A DNA stretch of 64,000 bases from Felis catus (Eukaryota), in contig NC_058368.1 in NCBI RefSeq assembly GCF_018350175.1, positions 58,282,001 to 58,346,000 on the forward strand. Direction: 5' to 3'. A program made the position numbers and the translations under genes. Shown here piece after piece: positions 62,357 through 64,000 of the stretch (position 1 is its first letter; the number at the start of each line of letters is the position of its first letter). The notes under the pieces are model-generated. The model was not told where the DNA came from. It saw nothing but the letters and a program-made list of their open reading frames with translations, and made no database searches.

Positions 62357-63251
62357 AAAAGATTTAAAATATGCTATTATTAAAAATAGAAGCTTTAGTC
62401 TGATAGTATAAATTTGCAAAGGAAATATTGTAGTATTTTCTAAGCACACACAAAAAAGTACCCTCTAAAAGTTGGCTGAAAAACCATTATATAAATCGTT
62501 GAACCAAATACTTTGAAACTTGCTAACTGCTGCTGGATTGTAATCTCTTATATGTAACTGTTGTCATCCTGTAAAATTAAAAATAAATTTTATGTAGTTT
62601 ATTAGTAATTCATTCTTGCTTTGAAGTATAATCTATTACTTAACTATCCAAGTGTCTTTTTTTCTAATGCACGTGGGTCAGCAGTAGACCTATGTGTTAC
62701 GGGCTTTCAAGACAGATGGCTTGCAATTGTCATTACATTGGAGTTAACCACTAAATACCCCATCGGTCTGTTTGATGTATTATGAATGCTAGCTAGAATC
62801 TTCCTTGTACTGAGTATACAATCTATGGCATCTGCCCATTTTCTGCTTCATTGTACTTTGTCAAAAATAGTCATTTCATTTTCAAAAGGTTTATTATCAA
62901 TGAGAAGCATGCTGAGCCTACAGTTCATGCACACTAATGGAATGTCTATCAGCCTTGGAAAGTGTGAACATACCATAAATTTGTGACACTAATCGTAGCA
63001 ATTTTACAAAGTGGGATGGTGCACTGCAAATCAAGAAATTAATGTAGAGTTTGATATACTAAGATTGTTCTTTACTGAGAAGCATTTTCTTCTATCAAGT
63101 GGAGCCATCTCAATTAGTTTTTGTGGTCAAAGACTTTTCCTGTTTTGTTTCAGATGCTAGAGTTCAAAATGCAAGACATCAGCATGATATGAAAAATCCT
63201 AAAGCCCCATTGCTTTAAAATGCTTACATCTTAAACGTGAACAATAAAATT

Positions 63252-63468
63252 GGGGCAGCTGGGTGGCTCAGTCAGTTAAGTGTCCGACTTCAGCTCAGGT
63301 CATGATCTCATGGTTCATGTGTGTTCAAGCCCCCTCATCAGTCTCTGTGTTGACAGCTTGGAGCCTGGAGCCTGCTTCAGATTCTGTGTCTCCCTCTCTC
63401 TCTGCCCTGACCCCACTCACGCTGTGTCTCTCTCTCAAAAATAAATAAACGTTAAAAAAAATTTTTTT
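63252..63468 (+). mobile_element. Felid SINE
   Basis: Canonical layout; TSD core AACAATAAAAT. Confidence 0.96.
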
Positions 63469-64000
63469 AATGTAAACAATAAAATAAATTAACGGGAAAA
63501 GCTTTATTATGGTATCTATGTCTCACTTAATTAAATTAAAACTTTAGGCACCACTATCTCAACATCAAAGCAAAATTTTGGACAAGGCTGAGTTGACTAA
63601 AATTAAGAGAAAAGATTGAATTAATTTGAAGCAGAGTAAAAAGCTTGGCTGAATGTGAAACCACAAATCATCTTGATGTCTAGGCCAAGCAGAGAGAATT
63701 AGAATATGTGCAGAGAAACTTTAAAGGTAATGGAAATTTGTAGATTGACGATAACAAAGCAGATTGAATGGATGTGACTAACAGAAAGCTATGGCCACAA
63801 ATGTTGGGGCCAACAGTGTGAAATTGCATAACAAATATCCATGAATTTGAAAAGAAGTTCAAAATAAGATACTAGTTATTGAGAGGGATTAGACTAATAC
63901 TGAATGCCAAGGTGTCACACATTATTCAAAGTGCTTGGGAGACATACTGTTGTCGCCATGTTGTTTCTAATAGAGGAGAGAGATAGTCAATAATAAAAAA

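Noticed and set aside
9266..63448. Recurrent similar ORFs (MAQLVKRPTSAQV..., MGQRETEHERGRG..., poly-ER, poly-LS) resembling a small protein family
   Set aside because: All are translations of SINE bodies and their (CT)/(GA) tracts, mostly from non-ATG starts; not genes
1..64000. Searched by eye for numt, snRNA/Y/7SK/5S pseudogenes, processed pseudogenes, ERV internal genes and non-retroviral endogenous viral elements
   Set aside because: No recognisable signature found; highly decayed copies could be missed without BLASTx/Infernal

Overview
AT-rich mammalian non-coding DNA, almost certainly from a felid. It carries about 32 tRNA-derived carnivore SINEs of the cat type (GGGGCGCCTGGGTGGCTCAG...(CT)n...AATAAATAAAC tail) and cat-type L1 3' ends. 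I find no supportable protein-coding gene, RNA gene, CpG island or CRISPR array. The recognisable ORFs in the track are L1 ORF2 fragments, SINE read-throughs or microsatellite artefacts, and the rest resemble nothing I recognise. The window is a layered record of transposition: ancient MIR/L2/MER119/MER5, MaLR and ERVL solo LTRs, old L1M and carnivore/felid L1 fragments, and old to very young SINEs, many with readable target-site duplications (TSDs). I did not find a convincing novel biological system. The items most worth checking are a near-adjacent inverted pair of young SINEs, several nested, re-targeted or tailless insertions, small templated-insertion scars, a palindromic AT-rich repeat, and a few candidate exons or regulatory motifs in repeat-poor stretches. 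Repeat subfamily names come from my recollection of consensus sequences, not from a database run; boundaries of old elements are approximate.
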